From Candidatus Woesearchaeota archaeon (lineage in GTDB: Archaea > Nanobdellota > Nanobdellia > SCGC-AAA011-G17 > GW2011-AR17): 41,285 nt of DNA. Each line of letters begins with the position of its first letter. Position 1 is the first letter of the stretch. This document shows, in pieces, positions 8,532-19,010 of the stretch. The stretch is from NCBI GenBank assembly GCA_964621125.1, contig CAZUKZ010000004.1, positions 1 to 41,285 of the forward strand, written 5' to 3'. The notes below the pieces were generated by a model. The model worked only from the letters and a program-made list of their open reading frames with translations. It had not been told where the DNA came from and searched no databases. Position numbers and translations under genes: made by a program.

Positions 8532-8995
8532 ATGAGGACATTAAGTGCCTTTTGGATAAAATAAATGAATTAAAAGAATATGAGACAACTAGTTCTTGTT
8601 CTGGAAGAATTGTTGTAATTAATAGCCAAAAGAAAGGAGAATCTCAATGGTTGTTCAAAAGCCATGATATAATACACTCTGATGATATATCAATGGTGCT
8701 AAGTAAGGTTAATAATACTGTATGGTTCATGCAAGAACCTATGATTCTTCACGTAAAGTGCGAAGATCTAGAGTCAGCTCAAATTTTATTGGGTAAAGCG
8801 AATAAGATAGGATTAAAAAAATCAGGTATAATATCTGCAAAAGGTTTTATCGTCGAGATAAAAGGGACAGAAAGGATTGAATGTCCCATTAGTAAAGATA
8901 TATCTAAAAAGTCTTTATTTCTCATCATAGATGAAGCAAACAGAAAACTTTTGAAAACTAAAGATAAAATAAGATTATTAGAAAATTTATTCTAA
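8501..8995 (+). CDS. taw3: tRNA wyosine-derivative methyltransferase Taw3/TYW3
   Basis: DKSPQGYID...TTSSCSGRI...WLFKSH...EPMILHV signature. Confidence 0.92.
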   Translation: MVDKSPQGYIDEDIKCLLDKINELKEYETTSSCSGRIVVINSQKKGESQWLFKSHDIIHSDDISMVLSKVNNTVWFMQEPMILHVKCEDLESAQILLGKANKIGLKKSGIISAKGFIVEIKGTERIECPISKDISKKSLFLIIDEANRKLLKTKDKIRLLENLF

Positions 8996-10180
8996 TCTGT
9001 TTTTGATAACAATTTCTCCAGGCATTGTACTTACATTAGGCCATAGCATTCTTCCTGGATATATTGAAGTATTTATTCCTAATTTCACTCCGTCAGCAAT
9101 AACAGCTCCAAGTTTCCTCCGGCCCGTACTGACAAACTTACCTTCAACCATACATTCAATTGGCTTACCGTCATGCCTTAAGTCTGCTATATTTGTCCCA
9201 GCCCCCACATTCACCCCCTCTCCAAGTATAGAATCTCCAATATAGGCTCGATGCTTCATGGTACAATTATCCATAATAATAGAGTTCTTTAGCTCAACAC
9301 CACAACCCACCCTACAATTATCCCCTATAGATGTCTCTCCCCTTATGAAACAATTAGGACCTAATGTGCAGTTCTCACCTATAACAACATTCCCTTCTAT
9401 GTATGAACCAGACTTAACAATACTCCCTTTTCCCAACCTTAGCTTACCATTAATAGTAACACCTTGTTCAACAAAACCCTCAATATTTTGCTCAATATCT
9501 GAAAGCATATACTCATTTATTGTCAATAAATCCCAAGGATACCCAGTTGGCAACCAATATTCTTGAATTACTTCTGGAACAAATTCAACATCCTTGCACA
9601 TCCTTGTAACTAATGTAGTTAAATAATACTCCTTCTGCCCTTCTAGCATCTCTAAAGTATAATCAAATATCTTTCTGTCAAACCAGAAACCACCAATTGA
9701 AGCCAAATTGCCTATGAACTTTTTTGGTTTCTCTACGATTGATTTCAATTTCCCATCCTCAATCAACCCTATGCCAAACCTTTCAGGATTCTGTGTTTTT
9801 AAGAACAATGTTGAATAGTCATGTAGCATCACCCTTTTCAAATCGTTAGCGTGTACCATATCATCACCATACAATACTAAGAACTTATCTTGCAGCAACT
9901 CCCTGGCTTCATAAACAGCATGCCATGTTCCCTTAGGCTCACTTTGAATAAAATATGTCAATCGCATCCCCTTGTATTCATCTCCAAACCGGTCTATTAT
10001 AAGCTCCTTCTTGTAATTTACAATAAGAATAGTCTCATCAACTCTACACTTCACTAACTGATCTAAAAGATGCTCCAATATCGTCTTTCCAGCTACTTTA
10101 AGCAAAGATTTATGCTTCGTTGAAGTCAGAGGATATGTTCTTGACGAACTCCCAGCAGAAAGGATTATGGCTTGTACCAT
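8987..10180 (-). CDS. glmU: Archaeal bifunctional sugar-1-phosphate nucleotidylyltransferase/acetyltransferase (GlmU-like)
   Basis: ILSAGSSSRTYPL NTP-transferase motif, hexapeptide left-handed beta-helix, GRRKLGAVIADGVKLGIN. Confidence 0.85.
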   Translation of the reverse strand: MVQAIILSAGSSSRTYPLTSTKHKSLLKVAGKTILEHLLDQLVKCRVDETILIVNYKKELIIDRFGDEYKGMRLTYFIQSEPKGTWHAVYEARELLQDKFLVLYGDDMVHANDLKRVMLHDYSTLFLKTQNPERFGIGLIEDGKLKSIVEKPKKFIGNLASIGGFWFDRKIFDYTLEMLEGQKEYYLTTLVTRMCKDVEFVPEVIQEYWLPTGYPWDLLTINEYMLSDIEQNIEGFVEQGVTINGKLRLGKGSIVKSGSYIEGNVVIGENCTLGPNCFIRGETSIGDNCRVGCGVELKNSIIMDNCTMKHRAYIGDSILGEGVNVGAGTNIADLRHDGKPIECMVEGKFVSTGRRKLGAVIADGVKLGINTSIYPGRMLWPNVSTMPGEIVIKNRLE

Positions 10181-10249
10181 TATTAATATGGGGGGTTATG
10201 GGTTTTATAAGAATTGTGAAAGAAAAATAAAGAAAAAAATAAGAAGCTT

Positions 10250-12205
10250 TTACTTCTTGAAAAGCATTCGGATGAAGAATATTGCAATAATTAGCAATAG
10301 AATATCTCCGATTATCCAGAAAACTCTTGCTTTATCGCTGAATACTTTCTTCACTACGCTGCCTGTAACCTTATCTGTAGTTGCAGTATCCTTGGCGGGT
10401 ACTGTAACAGTAAGAAGCTTAGATTGTAATAGTCCAGAAGCATCTCTTACATTTACTCTTAAGTTATGCGCTCCAGCTATTACGTTATCCTTAAGCTCTA
10501 GATATACATATGCATAATACTTCTCGCCTGCAAAAAGTTCAGAAGGTGCCTCTACACTCAAGACCTTAGCCCAGCTGCTCACTTCTGTAGCATCTAGCTT
10601 GAGTTTAAGTACAGACTTTCCTGAGTTCTCGATAGTTACAGGAATAACCCACTTCTTTTGCCCAGATTTTAATTTAACAGCAGTCTTAGTCACTGTTAGT
10701 TTAGCTTGGCCAGGTGTAGATTTTGCATTTTCCTTTTTTGTGGAATTATCTTTCTTTGTAGAATCATCCGTACCTGTAACTGAAATCTTCAGAAGCTTAG
10801 ATTTGTGCTCATCCCCATCATCATAGTAGGTGAAAGCTTCAAGCCAGTACGTACCAGTCTTTGCAGTCTTCGGAATCTGAACTAAGAATTGCTCTGAATA
10901 TGTATTGTCGTCATCATTGTAGTCATCAAGATCGAATACAGTAGACTTCTTATCTATTCCCAAAGCAGAGCTCTTTACCTTTATGTAAGAGTCATCTTGA
11001 TCATCTTCACCGATGTTCTCTACTGCAACATTTACATTGATAGAATCTCCAGCCTTCAATCCAACTGTAGGACTAACTGTGAATTTTGTTATTATGACAT
11101 CGTCATCTTTCCTTTCAATGTCAATTTTGATTCTTTCATAATCACAATGTTCATCTTCGTCACCCTTCTTACATGCCTTGACATAAAGGTAGTGCGTATT
11201 GCTTGCGTCCATCTTAGATGTTGAAGGCACTGTCAAATAAAGTGAAAATTCTTTCTCATCGGATTCTTCAATTGTTGTTGAGTCCGACTTTACACTAGCA
11301 CGCAGTTTGCCATCTGTCAAATCATAAAGATAGGCCGAAACAATAACTTTCATGTCATCATCATCGTCATTGTCAACATCTACTGTAACTTCAATCTTTT
11401 CACCAAGATCATAAGAATCACCACTATCAGGATCTTCTAAGTCTACTTGTAGATTTCCAATTTTACCACTTTCACAAATTTCGGGTTCTACTTCAACAGC
11501 CAAAGAAACATTCTTTGTAAGACTTCCTGACTTTACTTCAATCTTGCCTGTATACTCTCCAAGATCCATACTATCATCTGCTATAAAGTCTACTGTGATA
11601 GTCTTTGAAGCGCCAGCTATAAGATCCTTTACCTCTTTTGTAGATAAATTAACCTTTAGCTCACTACCATCATTATCTTTAATTGAAGCAGCTAACAAAG
11701 TAAGGCTTGTTTTAGTATTCCCAGTGTTCGTGACTGTAAATGTCTTTGATACCTTGCCACCCTTCTGCACGATAGCACTCACTGAATTAGTAGCTGAAAA
11801 GGTAGTGTATGAATTAACACTGAACGAATAAGACTTTGTATCAACTGTAGTGTTACCTTCAGTAACCGTGAAAATGCCATTATATGTCCCGGTAGCTGCT
11901 GTACTTGGAATCGTAAGTTTCCAGGTTGCAATTTGCTTTGTTTTATTAAGCAAGTTTGTTACGTCTGAAATTGTAGGTGCAGTAATTTTATTTGCACCAT
12001 AACTAGGATCTGTTGTTTTTAACCCTAATTTTGCAATAGGTGTTGAGCCATTGTTTGTAATGTCAACACTAAAAGTAATTTCCTTACCTGGGTCTGCGCT
12101 TGTCGGTGTTACTGTGACAGTTCCTACAGTTATATTGGAAGCTGCGGACACAGTAAACACGCTCAATAGCATGACTACAAGTAAACTCAAAATTAGTTTT
12201 TTCAT
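10250..12205 (-). CDS. Putative S-layer / multi-Ig cell-surface glycoprotein
   Basis: Likely start MKKLILSLL at 12205 after GGGGGT SD; signal peptide, repeated V.N.G beta-sandwich (CARDB-like) domains, acidic stretches, N-x-S/T sequons, C-terminal TM; followed by a T-rich tract. Confidence 0.8.
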   Translation of the reverse strand: MKKLILSLLVVMLLSVFTVSAASNITVGTVTVTPTSADPGKEITFSVDITNNGSTPIAKLGLKTTDPSYGANKITAPTISDVTNLLNKTKQIATWKLTIPSTAATGTYNGIFTVTEGNTTVDTKSYSFSVNSYTTFSATNSVSAIVQKGGKVSKTFTVTNTGNTKTSLTLLAASIKDNDGSELKVNLSTKEVKDLIAGASKTITVDFIADDSMDLGEYTGKIEVKSGSLTKNVSLAVEVEPEICESGKIGNLQVDLEDPDSGDSYDLGEKIEVTVDVDNDDDDDMKVIVSAYLYDLTDGKLRASVKSDSTTIEESDEKEFSLYLTVPSTSKMDASNTHYLYVKACKKGDEDEHCDYERIKIDIERKDDDVIITKFTVSPTVGLKAGDSINVNVAVENIGEDDQDDSYIKVKSSALGIDKKSTVFDLDDYNDDDNTYSEQFLVQIPKTAKTGTYWLEAFTYYDDGDEHKSKLLKISVTGTDDSTKKDNSTKKENAKSTPGQAKLTVTKTAVKLKSGQKKWVIPVTIENSGKSVLKLKLDATEVSSWAKVLSVEAPSELFAGEKYYAYVYLELKDNVIAGAHNLRVNVRDASGLLQSKLLTVTVPAKDTATTDKVTGSVVKKVFSDKARVFWIIGDILLLIIAIFFIRMLFKK

Positions 12206-12412
12206 ATATTTTACCCCCTTAAAATGCACTTTAAGTTTTATGGGAAGCATTAATTATGTCCTATATTTAAAGATTATGGTTATTTTCTGAATTTTGAGGG
12301 TAGAGAGCCTAAAACGTAAAAATTCATACAAATTTCAATATTCTGAAATTATCTTAGAATAATGAAAAAAGTCAGAATAGACTCAAATTTAAGAAAGGAG
12401 AACAATTTAGCA

Positions 12413-15400
12413 TCATATTCGCAAACTAGTGACTTTAGTAACGCCTTCTTGCATAGAGATACCATAAATGGTGTCTGCCTCACTGATTATAGAATCATTA
12501 TGAGAGATTATCAGATACTGAGCCCCTTTAGCATATTTGGCAATCAACCTAGATAATAGTTCAGAATTTCTCTTATCTAATGCTGCATCTACTTCATCCA
12601 TCAGATAAAATGGGGCAGGGTTGAACTCTTGGATAGCAAAGATAAAAGACAAAGCAGCCAAGGTTTTCTCCCCACCGGACAAACTCTTAATATCAAGTGA
12701 TTTATTCTGTGCAATCTTTACTGCTATATCTACACCACCATCGAAGGGATCTTCCATGTTTTCTAAAATCAACACAGCCTCACCCTTAGTAGATAAGCTT
12801 GCAAATATTTCTGAAAAGTTTCTGGCCAAGACTTTATATGTTTTCATGAACATAACCTTTTTCTTGGATTCAATCTCAAACATCATCTTTAGCACATCTT
12901 CTTTCTCAAGCTTCAGCTTCTCATACTTATCCAACAGTTTTTTATATTCAACATGGACATTTTCATAGATTTCCAAAGCCCTAAGATTGACATTCCCCAT
13001 ATTTCTTAAAGACTGCTCGAAATTCCGTATTTCGGCATTCAAACCTTCAAGTTTTATACCTTTCCTCAAAGACACTCCCTTAAATTCCTCAAACTCTTTT
13101 TTCAACCCCTCCATCTCCCCAGCCAACACAGCCATCTTAACAGTAAGTTCATTCCGCTTACTTTCCACCCCCCTCACCCTTTCCTCTTGCTTGATCACTC
13201 TGATATCTTGCTGTTGTATAAGATTGTTCAGCCTATTTTTCCGAGTAAACATATGTTGATAATTTGCATAGAACTTCTTCTGCTCACTTCCCTTCTCCTT
13301 CAGTATTTTCTTGTTTTGCAATATCAAAGCAGTTACAATATCCTGTTCCTTAGAAAACTCATCAAGCTCTTTAAGATTATCTGACATTATTTTTTCTACT
13401 TTTTCAATCTCCTCACCCTGCATAATTATCTGTGAAGCAATATTCTGTATCAATGAATCATTCTTTATTATCTCTTCCCTCAACCCTTGCCTTTCTTTTT
13501 CTAGCTGTTCAAGTTTATCAGCAACTTCCGAACTGCTTAGCTTACTTATCTTTCCTCTTAATCTTTCCCTTTCTTGTTTTTGCTTCCCTAATTCATTTTG
13601 TGTAACCTTGATATCAATATCCTTCTGTTTAATTTCTTTTTGCAATCTGGTAATCAGTCCAACCAAATCTTTCTTCTCCACACGTAACTCACTTGTCAAA
13701 ACAGAATCAGGCACTTCCTGTTCCAGTGTCCTAATTTTCGCTTCGAGTACAGCTTTCCTTTCCCTTAAGCCTATGATAGCCTCCTCATTTTCAGTTTTCC
13801 TCTTTTCAATAAGAGAAACCTTCTCATTAAGACTGGCAATCTCTTCCTCGACTTTCTCCATCCCTTTGCTTAGCTCTTTTTCTTGGAAACCCATCCCAGT
13901 TTTTCTCCTATGTCCACCCACCATCGCACCACTGGATTCAATTAAATCCCCATCCAAAGTAACCATCCTCTCCCTACCAACCCCCAATCTTCTTGCTGTA
14001 GCTAGATTCTCTACAACAATAGTAGAAGCAAATACATACTTGAATACACTCTTAAACTTAGAATCATATGTAACAAGATCCAAAGCTAACCCATAAGCCC
14101 CAGATGAAGAAGCCAATTTTCTCGCTTCTGGTTTTATCATTCTTTCCTTCAATTTATTTAATGGGAGAAAAGTCATAACACCAGATTTACTTTCCTTCAA
14201 TATGTTAATACACTTCGCTGCAACAGCATCCGAGCTTACAACCATGCTTTTTATTCTTCCACCAGCAGCAACTTCTAAAGCTAAAGCATACTTGGAATTT
14301 ACATTTCCTAATTCGCTTACCGTCCCATAAACTCCTGGAATCTTCAAAGATTTAATTTTCTGTGTTGCCCTATTTCCAGCAGTCATCTCCCTTATGCCAA
14401 TATTTCTAGCCCTTAATTTAGCCAGTTCGTCTGTAGCATCCATAAGCTTATTTCTTGCATTCCCCAATTGCGCTGAAAAAACACTACTCTCATTCAGTGC
14501 TTTGCTTAATTCTTTAGTAACTTGTTTGAATTCAGATTTGAAATTTTTGAGCTCTATTCTCTTGTCTTGTATTCCTTCTTTAGCATCTTGTGCTTCGCCC
14601 AATTTCCCTTGAACAGATTCAAGCTCAAAAGTCTTTCTATCTTTCTGCCTAATTAGTTCTTGTTTAGATTCTATTAAATCTTGAACTTTTTTCTGGTTTT
14701 CTTCAATAGAATATTCTAACTCAGATATCTCATCATTCATACCTTGAGCATCCTCCAACCCATGAGCCTTTTTGTGGGCTTCAATCTTGTGCCTCAATTG
14801 TTCCTCTCTTGCAGAATTTTTCTGATTTTTATTCCTTACTGAGAGTTTTTTCTTTTCTAAAGAAGATATCTCGTTCTTTGTTTCCAAAATGCTTTTCTGC
14901 AACTGCCTTTTTCTTTCCTTAATTTTCTTTATTTCATTTTCCACAACATCCTTCCTTACAGATTTATCAGTAAGCTCAATCTTTATGGATTCTATTTCCT
15001 TAGAAAGTTCCCTCTGCTTCTTATCCCCATGTTCCTCGAGCTCCTTGTTAATCCCACTAACTTCCTTCTTCTTCTTCTCAATATCATCTTTCAATTGCTG
15101 TATAACTTTCTGTATAGTATCAATATTCTTCTCAAATTTTTTAGAATTGGATTCCAAAGCAGAATATCTCTCTTGCTTAACTTTTAACATAAGGTGTAAT
15201 CTTGTGGCCTTATTTCTCTTTATGTTCTTTTCAAGATCTTTGAAACGTAATGCCTGATCCCTGTCCTTCTTTAGATCCTTGAGAGTTTTTTCCCTTTCAG
15301 TCAAAATTATATCCGCTTCATTCAGCCTATCCTGAACTTTACTTAATTCATTCATAGCCTTATCTTTTTTCTCTTCAAAAATGGATATTCCAGCAACCTC

Positions 15401-17509
15401 ATCAATCATTTCCCTTCTTTCTATCGGCCTCATGTCCATAAAATGCACGATATCTCCCTGCAAAACAATATTATGCCCATCAGGATCTATTTGTGCTGCA
15501 GAAAGTAATTCCAATACCTGCTGTCTTGTCCTTGTCTCATCATTGATCTTATATAAACTCTGTCCAGTCTTTTTTACAATCCTAGATATTTTAACTTCTT
15601 TTCCTTTTATAGGGAACTCTTTCTTTAAATTATCAAAGTATATGCTCACTTCTGCTTCTTTAGCTGGCTTGCCTTTCTTCCCACCATTATATATTAAATT
15701 AGCGCTCTTCTCTGCCCTAAGCCCCTTGGCAGAGAGTTTACCTAAGACAAAGCACATTGCATCTACTACATTGCTGTTGTGCACAATGATATTGTTAGCT
15801 ATAAAATTATGGTCTTTTTCAACACAGAGATCATATACCCATTTTTCCTTAGGTTTAGTTTTTTCTATAGAAACTATTTCATCCCAGAGAATATCTGAAT
15901 GGGACAATGTTTTAAGTGCCATCAAAGATTTAGCAAACTGTCCATTCGAAGAAGGGATAAATAACTCATTCACTAATTGCTTAATACCTGTTCTTGAAGG
16001 TAAGCATCGATTATAACAATAAGCATCTAGTTTAGGGAAATCTTCTTTATTTGATTTAATTTTAATTCCAATATCTTTAGTAACTTTCTTTACAATATCA
16101 TTCGCTTCTAATAAATCTATATTTGGGTTAGGGGTTTTTCCTAATAAAACTTGCACTCTATCATGTTTCTTCTTATGTACTAATTTTATATGTATACTAA
16201 ACTTATAAAAATTCTGCACACCATAAATAGAGACTTGTTTATAAACCCCAGAAAATTTAGTGTTCGTAGCAATCTTAATAATATCCTTAGTATGTGAAAT
16301 AATACCTAATCTTGAAAGCAACACTTGGATTCCAAAAGCAAGATTTATGCTTTTGGTAACAATATCTATATGATTTTTTGATACATAACCATCACCACAA
16401 AACAATCCATTTAACAGTTCTGAGGCTTCTTTATCAGAGCTATGTTTCATGAATAAATCAGATATCTCTTTTTTTCTTGCCCCACCTTTCATTCCAAATC
16501 TTGAAAGAATTTTGATCAGAGGTACAGAATATACCAAAACATCCCAACAATTTGGCTTATATTCCTTAATTGAAGGATCTACGCCAAAACAAGTTTTAAC
16601 TAATTTAACATAGTCTTTCACAACTTCCTCAGAACCATTTGTAAACCAAATCTGGTTAGAATCACTAAGCCTTCCTTCAGCCAGAAGATAACCCAATAAT
16701 CGAGAAAATTCTTGAGAATTATGCCATATCATATTATATAACTTACTAGAATTTTTTGCTTTGATTTGAGTAATTAGGCCTATAATTTCTTCATTACTTT
16801 TATTTGCAAACCTAAATATTTTAATTAGATGCGCAAAATTTACCGCTTGTTTATCTAAAACTCCCTTTATTACATTGTAAGGGACTCCAGCTAACTTTGC
16901 AGTTTTATTCCAGGTTTTATATTTTATTTGTTTTAGAATGCAAACAAAATCTTCTTTCCAAGGGATATAAATATTATCTCTCTCTTGGATAAAGTCAATT
17001 AGTTCAAAGAAAGTAGAATTGTTGTTTAGAGTTAATTTTCTAGGAACAGCTATGCGCACACCAACATCCAGATCTTCAGATTTTATACTCTTAACTTCAC
17101 CGCCAGACAATACAAATAAAGGATGATATTCTGTCGCTGTAATTTGTTTACCTGATTTGGTCTTAATTTTTAGAAGCTGTTCTGGAGACTGCCTTTTAAC
17201 ATAAGCCTGAATTGGACGCCTTGTTATTTTTAATGATTTCAAATCTAGTGAAAGAATTTCTGTCTTATCACCGTAAGCAATAAGGCCATCATCTATTTTT
17301 TTAACAGGATTGCTCTTAATTTTTTCATTGACGATTTCACTTATCTTACACAAACTGCCATTAGCTAAATGAACTAAAGTATCACCTATAACACATTTTC
17401 CCGAACCATTCGGACCAAGGACACAATTGAAATCAGGTCCAAGAACTACCTCAGTCTTCCTCGCAAAAGACTTGAATTTGTTCATCACCAATTTCGTTAT
17501 TCTTGTCAA
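12413..17509 (-). CDS. smc: Chromosome segregation protein SMC, intein-containing (1158 aa after splicing)
   Basis: FKSF, GPNGSGK|SN, IVLQG Q-loop, coiled coils, hinge GVYGTVSEL, LSGGEK signature, MDEVDAALD Walker B/D-loop. Confidence 0.96.
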   Translation of the reverse strand: MTRITKLVMNKFKSFARKTEVVLGPDFNCVLGPNGSGKCVIGDTLVHLANGSLCKISEIVNEKIKSNPVKKIDDGLIAYGDKTEILSLDLKSLKITRRPIQAYVKRQSPEQLLKIKTKSGKQITATEYHPLFVLSGGEVKSIKSEDLDVGVRIAVPRKLTLNNNSTFFELIDFIQERDNIYIPWKEDFVCILKQIKYKTWNKTAKLAGVPYNVIKGVLDKQAVNFAHLIKIFRFANKSNEEIIGLITQIKAKNSSKLYNMIWHNSQEFSRLLGYLLAEGRLSDSNQIWFTNGSEEVVKDYVKLVKTCFGVDPSIKEYKPNCWDVLVYSVPLIKILSRFGMKGGARKKEISDLFMKHSSDKEASELLNGLFCGDGYVSKNHIDIVTKSINLAFGIQVLLSRLGIISHTKDIIKIATNTKFSGVYKQVSIYGVQNFYKFSIHIKLVHKKKHDRVQVLLGKTPNPNIDLLEANDIVKKVTKDIGIKIKSNKEDFPKLDAYCYNRCLPSRTGIKQLVNELFIPSSNGQFAKSLMALKTLSHSDILWDEIVSIEKTKPKEKWVYDLCVEKDHNFIANNIIVHNSNVVDAMCFVLGKLSAKGLRAEKSANLIYNGGKKGKPAKEAEVSIYFDNLKKEFPIKGKEVKISRIVKKTGQSLYKINDETRTRQQVLELLSAAQIDPDGHNIVLQGDIVHFMDMRPIERREMIDEVAGISIFEEKKDKAMNELSKVQDRLNEADIILTEREKTLKDLKKDRDQALRFKDLEKNIKRNKATRLHLMLKVKQERYSALESNSKKFEKNIDTIQKVIQQLKDDIEKKKKEVSGINKELEEHGDKKQRELSKEIESIKIELTDKSVRKDVVENEIKKIKERKRQLQKSILETKNEISSLEKKKLSVRNKNQKNSAREEQLRHKIEAHKKAHGLEDAQGMNDEISELEYSIEENQKKVQDLIESKQELIRQKDRKTFELESVQGKLGEAQDAKEGIQDKRIELKNFKSEFKQVTKELSKALNESSVFSAQLGNARNKLMDATDELAKLRARNIGIREMTAGNRATQKIKSLKIPGVYGTVSELGNVNSKYALALEVAAGGRIKSMVVSSDAVAAKCINILKESKSGVMTFLPLNKLKERMIKPEARKLASSSGAYGLALDLVTYDSKFKSVFKYVFASTIVVENLATARRLGVGRERMVTLDGDLIESSGAMVGGHRRKTGMGFQEKELSKGMEKVEEEIASLNEKVSLIEKRKTENEEAIIGLRERKAVLEAKIRTLEQEVPDSVLTSELRVEKKDLVGLITRLQKEIKQKDIDIKVTQNELGKQKQERERLRGKISKLSSSEVADKLEQLEKERQGLREEIIKNDSLIQNIASQIIMQGEEIEKVEKIMSDNLKELDEFSKEQDIVTALILQNKKILKEKGSEQKKFYANYQHMFTRKNRLNNLIQQQDIRVIKQEERVRGVESKRNELTVKMAVLAGEMEGLKKEFEEFKGVSLRKGIKLEGLNAEIRNFEQSLRNMGNVNLRALEIYENVHVEYKKLLDKYEKLKLEKEDVLKMMFEIESKKKVMFMKTYKVLARNFSEIFASLSTKGEAVLILENMEDPFDGGVDIAVKIAQNKSLDIKSLSGGEKTLAALSFIFAIQEFNPAPFYLMDEVDAALDKRNSELLSRLIAKYAKGAQYLIISHNDSIISEADTIYGISMQEGVTKVTSLRI
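15776..17395 (-). mobile_element. 540-aa intein with LAGLIDADG homing endonuclease in the SMC Walker A motif
   Basis: C1 (CVIGDT), block B TEYH, LLGYLLAEG and LLNGLFCGDG, block F VYDL, terminal HN followed by Ser+1. Confidence 0.96.
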
Positions 17510-17595
17510 AGTTTATTCATCCCTCTTTTTAAAAATCAGTATTAGTTCTGAATGCTTGTTTCTTATATAAATGTTTTGTGTTCGTTTCCAAACTT

Positions 17596-18501
17596 TCATT
17601 TTTTCCACCTATCAAAAGCTATCCTTGCTATGCATCTACATGATTTCTCTAAACTCAAACACTCATTGTACAGGTTTATGTTAGCCGCTGATTTCTTTTT
17701 CGTTATCAATTTTATCAACCTATTTTTAATTGGCTTTTTGTTAGCAAACACGGTGCTTGCCCGTTTCCGATCATATTTATAAAATGATCTCATAGAATTG
17801 AGGTAATGCTTTTCAAGTAACTTAAGGATAACTCTAGCTTCATTATTTTTAATCCCCATAAGATTTATATTCCTTAATCTATCCGCAATATTCTCAAGTT
17901 CAGGCATCAATCTTAAGTTATCCATCACATCTTCTATTGACAAATCTATAGTCTGCAAAGCATTCGGATCTCTGACTGCTAGCTTCAATGCTTTTAATAC
18001 AAAAAGATACTGCCCCATTATGTCAACTGTCGATATTTGACCTTGCATTGTGTCAATCAACAGTGATCTAATCATGATATCTATTCTCCTTAGAGAGCCA
18101 TGTATTGATATCTTCTTTAGGTCAAGTATATCTTTAGCCACAATTCTCTTAAGGGTCTCTTCAACAACTTCCAACCCCGGCAGCAAATTAATATAATGTT
18201 TTATGTTATCCGCTTGTTTCCTATCAAATTTTATAAATGTTACCGAAGATACATTATTGAGATAAGCAGAGATTATGCTATTGTCTATTTCATCCACATT
18301 TAATGCATCACAACCTATGATTATCTCTCTTTCTTCCGGCCGAACCTTGGTTAATTTTGGAGCTACAACTATTGTGTTGTTGCTTGTTTCCTGAGAGTAG
18401 ATAAGATCACCCTTCTCCAGCTTGTTTTTCTTTACCCACTTTATAGGCAACGTTACCACATAAGATCCAGGGCCAGATTTGATTATTTTTCGTTCTTCCA
18501 T
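17596..18501 (-). CDS. AbrB-domain / PhoU-like phosphate uptake regulator family protein
   Basis: ERKIIKSGPGSYVVTLPIKWVKKNKLEKGD AbrB domain, IISAYLN, LPGLEVVEE, LENIAD; likely start MEERK at 18501. Confidence 0.85.
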   Translation of the reverse strand: MEERKIIKSGPGSYVVTLPIKWVKKNKLEKGDLIYSQETSNNTIVVAPKLTKVRPEEREIIIGCDALNVDEIDNSIISAYLNNVSSVTFIKFDRKQADNIKHYINLLPGLEVVEETLKRIVAKDILDLKKISIHGSLRRIDIMIRSLLIDTMQGQISTVDIMGQYLFVLKALKLAVRDPNALQTIDLSIEDVMDNLRLMPELENIADRLRNINLMGIKNNEARVILKLLEKHYLNSMRSFYKYDRKRASTVFANKKPIKNRLIKLITKKKSAANINLYNECLSLEKSCRCIARIAFDRWKK

Positions 18502-18504
18502 TTT

Positions 18505-18532
18505 ATCTATACTATACATGGTATATATAGAT
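18505..18532. promoter_or_regulatory. Inverted repeat, candidate autoregulatory operator
   Basis: ATCTATA(C)TATAC-ATG-GTATATATAGAT between the minus-strand TATA (CAATACTTATAAT) and the regulator start codon. Confidence 0.55.
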
Positions 18533-18583
18533 GAATTATAAGTATTGCGCTGTCACTTCCAAGTTATAAAATAAGGGAGAAAA

Positions 18584-18925
18584 ATGGATGCCAGAGAAAA
18601 AATCATCAGAAAACTAGAAACCCATCCAAAAGGCATTAGCCTATTGCCTGGCGGGAATGTTCCAGAACTAGATGGATATGTCATAGCACTGACCAATAAC
18701 ATTGTCGATGCTATCCTGCCAGAAACCATAGATGATGTTTTAGACACTATAGAGCAAAAACCATTAGCAACTATGATTGGCGGATGGTTATCCAAAGAGA
18801 CAGGACAATATTACATTGACGCAGCAACCTTAATCAAAGATAAAGAAGAAGCAATAAGGGTTGCAAGAGAGCATAAGCAGGAAGCAATCTATGATGTGAG
18901 AAAGGGTAAGACTATATACATTTGA
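18584..18925 (+). CDS. Hypothetical 113-aa protein (GGW...YYID...QEAIYD pattern)
   Basis: GGGAG SD, compact alpha/beta sequence, fills the gap between regulator and ychF. Confidence 0.8.
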   Translation: MDAREKIIRKLETHPKGISLLPGGNVPELDGYVIALTNNIVDAILPETIDDVLDTIEQKPLATMIGGWLSKETGQYYIDAATLIKDKEEAIRVAREHKQEAIYDVRKGKTIYI

Positions 18926-19010
18926 GAGAGGAAAGAAAATGGAAAAGGATTTTACCTCAAAAATAAACAATAAAGCACAACCTATTTAAAGGACTCTTCA
19001 AATCAGAAGA

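Noticed and set aside
12206-12250. Upstream ATG at 12250 for the S-layer-like gene
   Set aside because: Too close to the TATA box; the ATG at 12205 has an SD site and begins a normal signal peptide
12413-17509. SMC as part of a Wadjet/Rad50-type defence or repair system
   Set aside because: It has a canonical hinge and condensin-type motifs, no zinc hook, and no jet or mre11 neighbours
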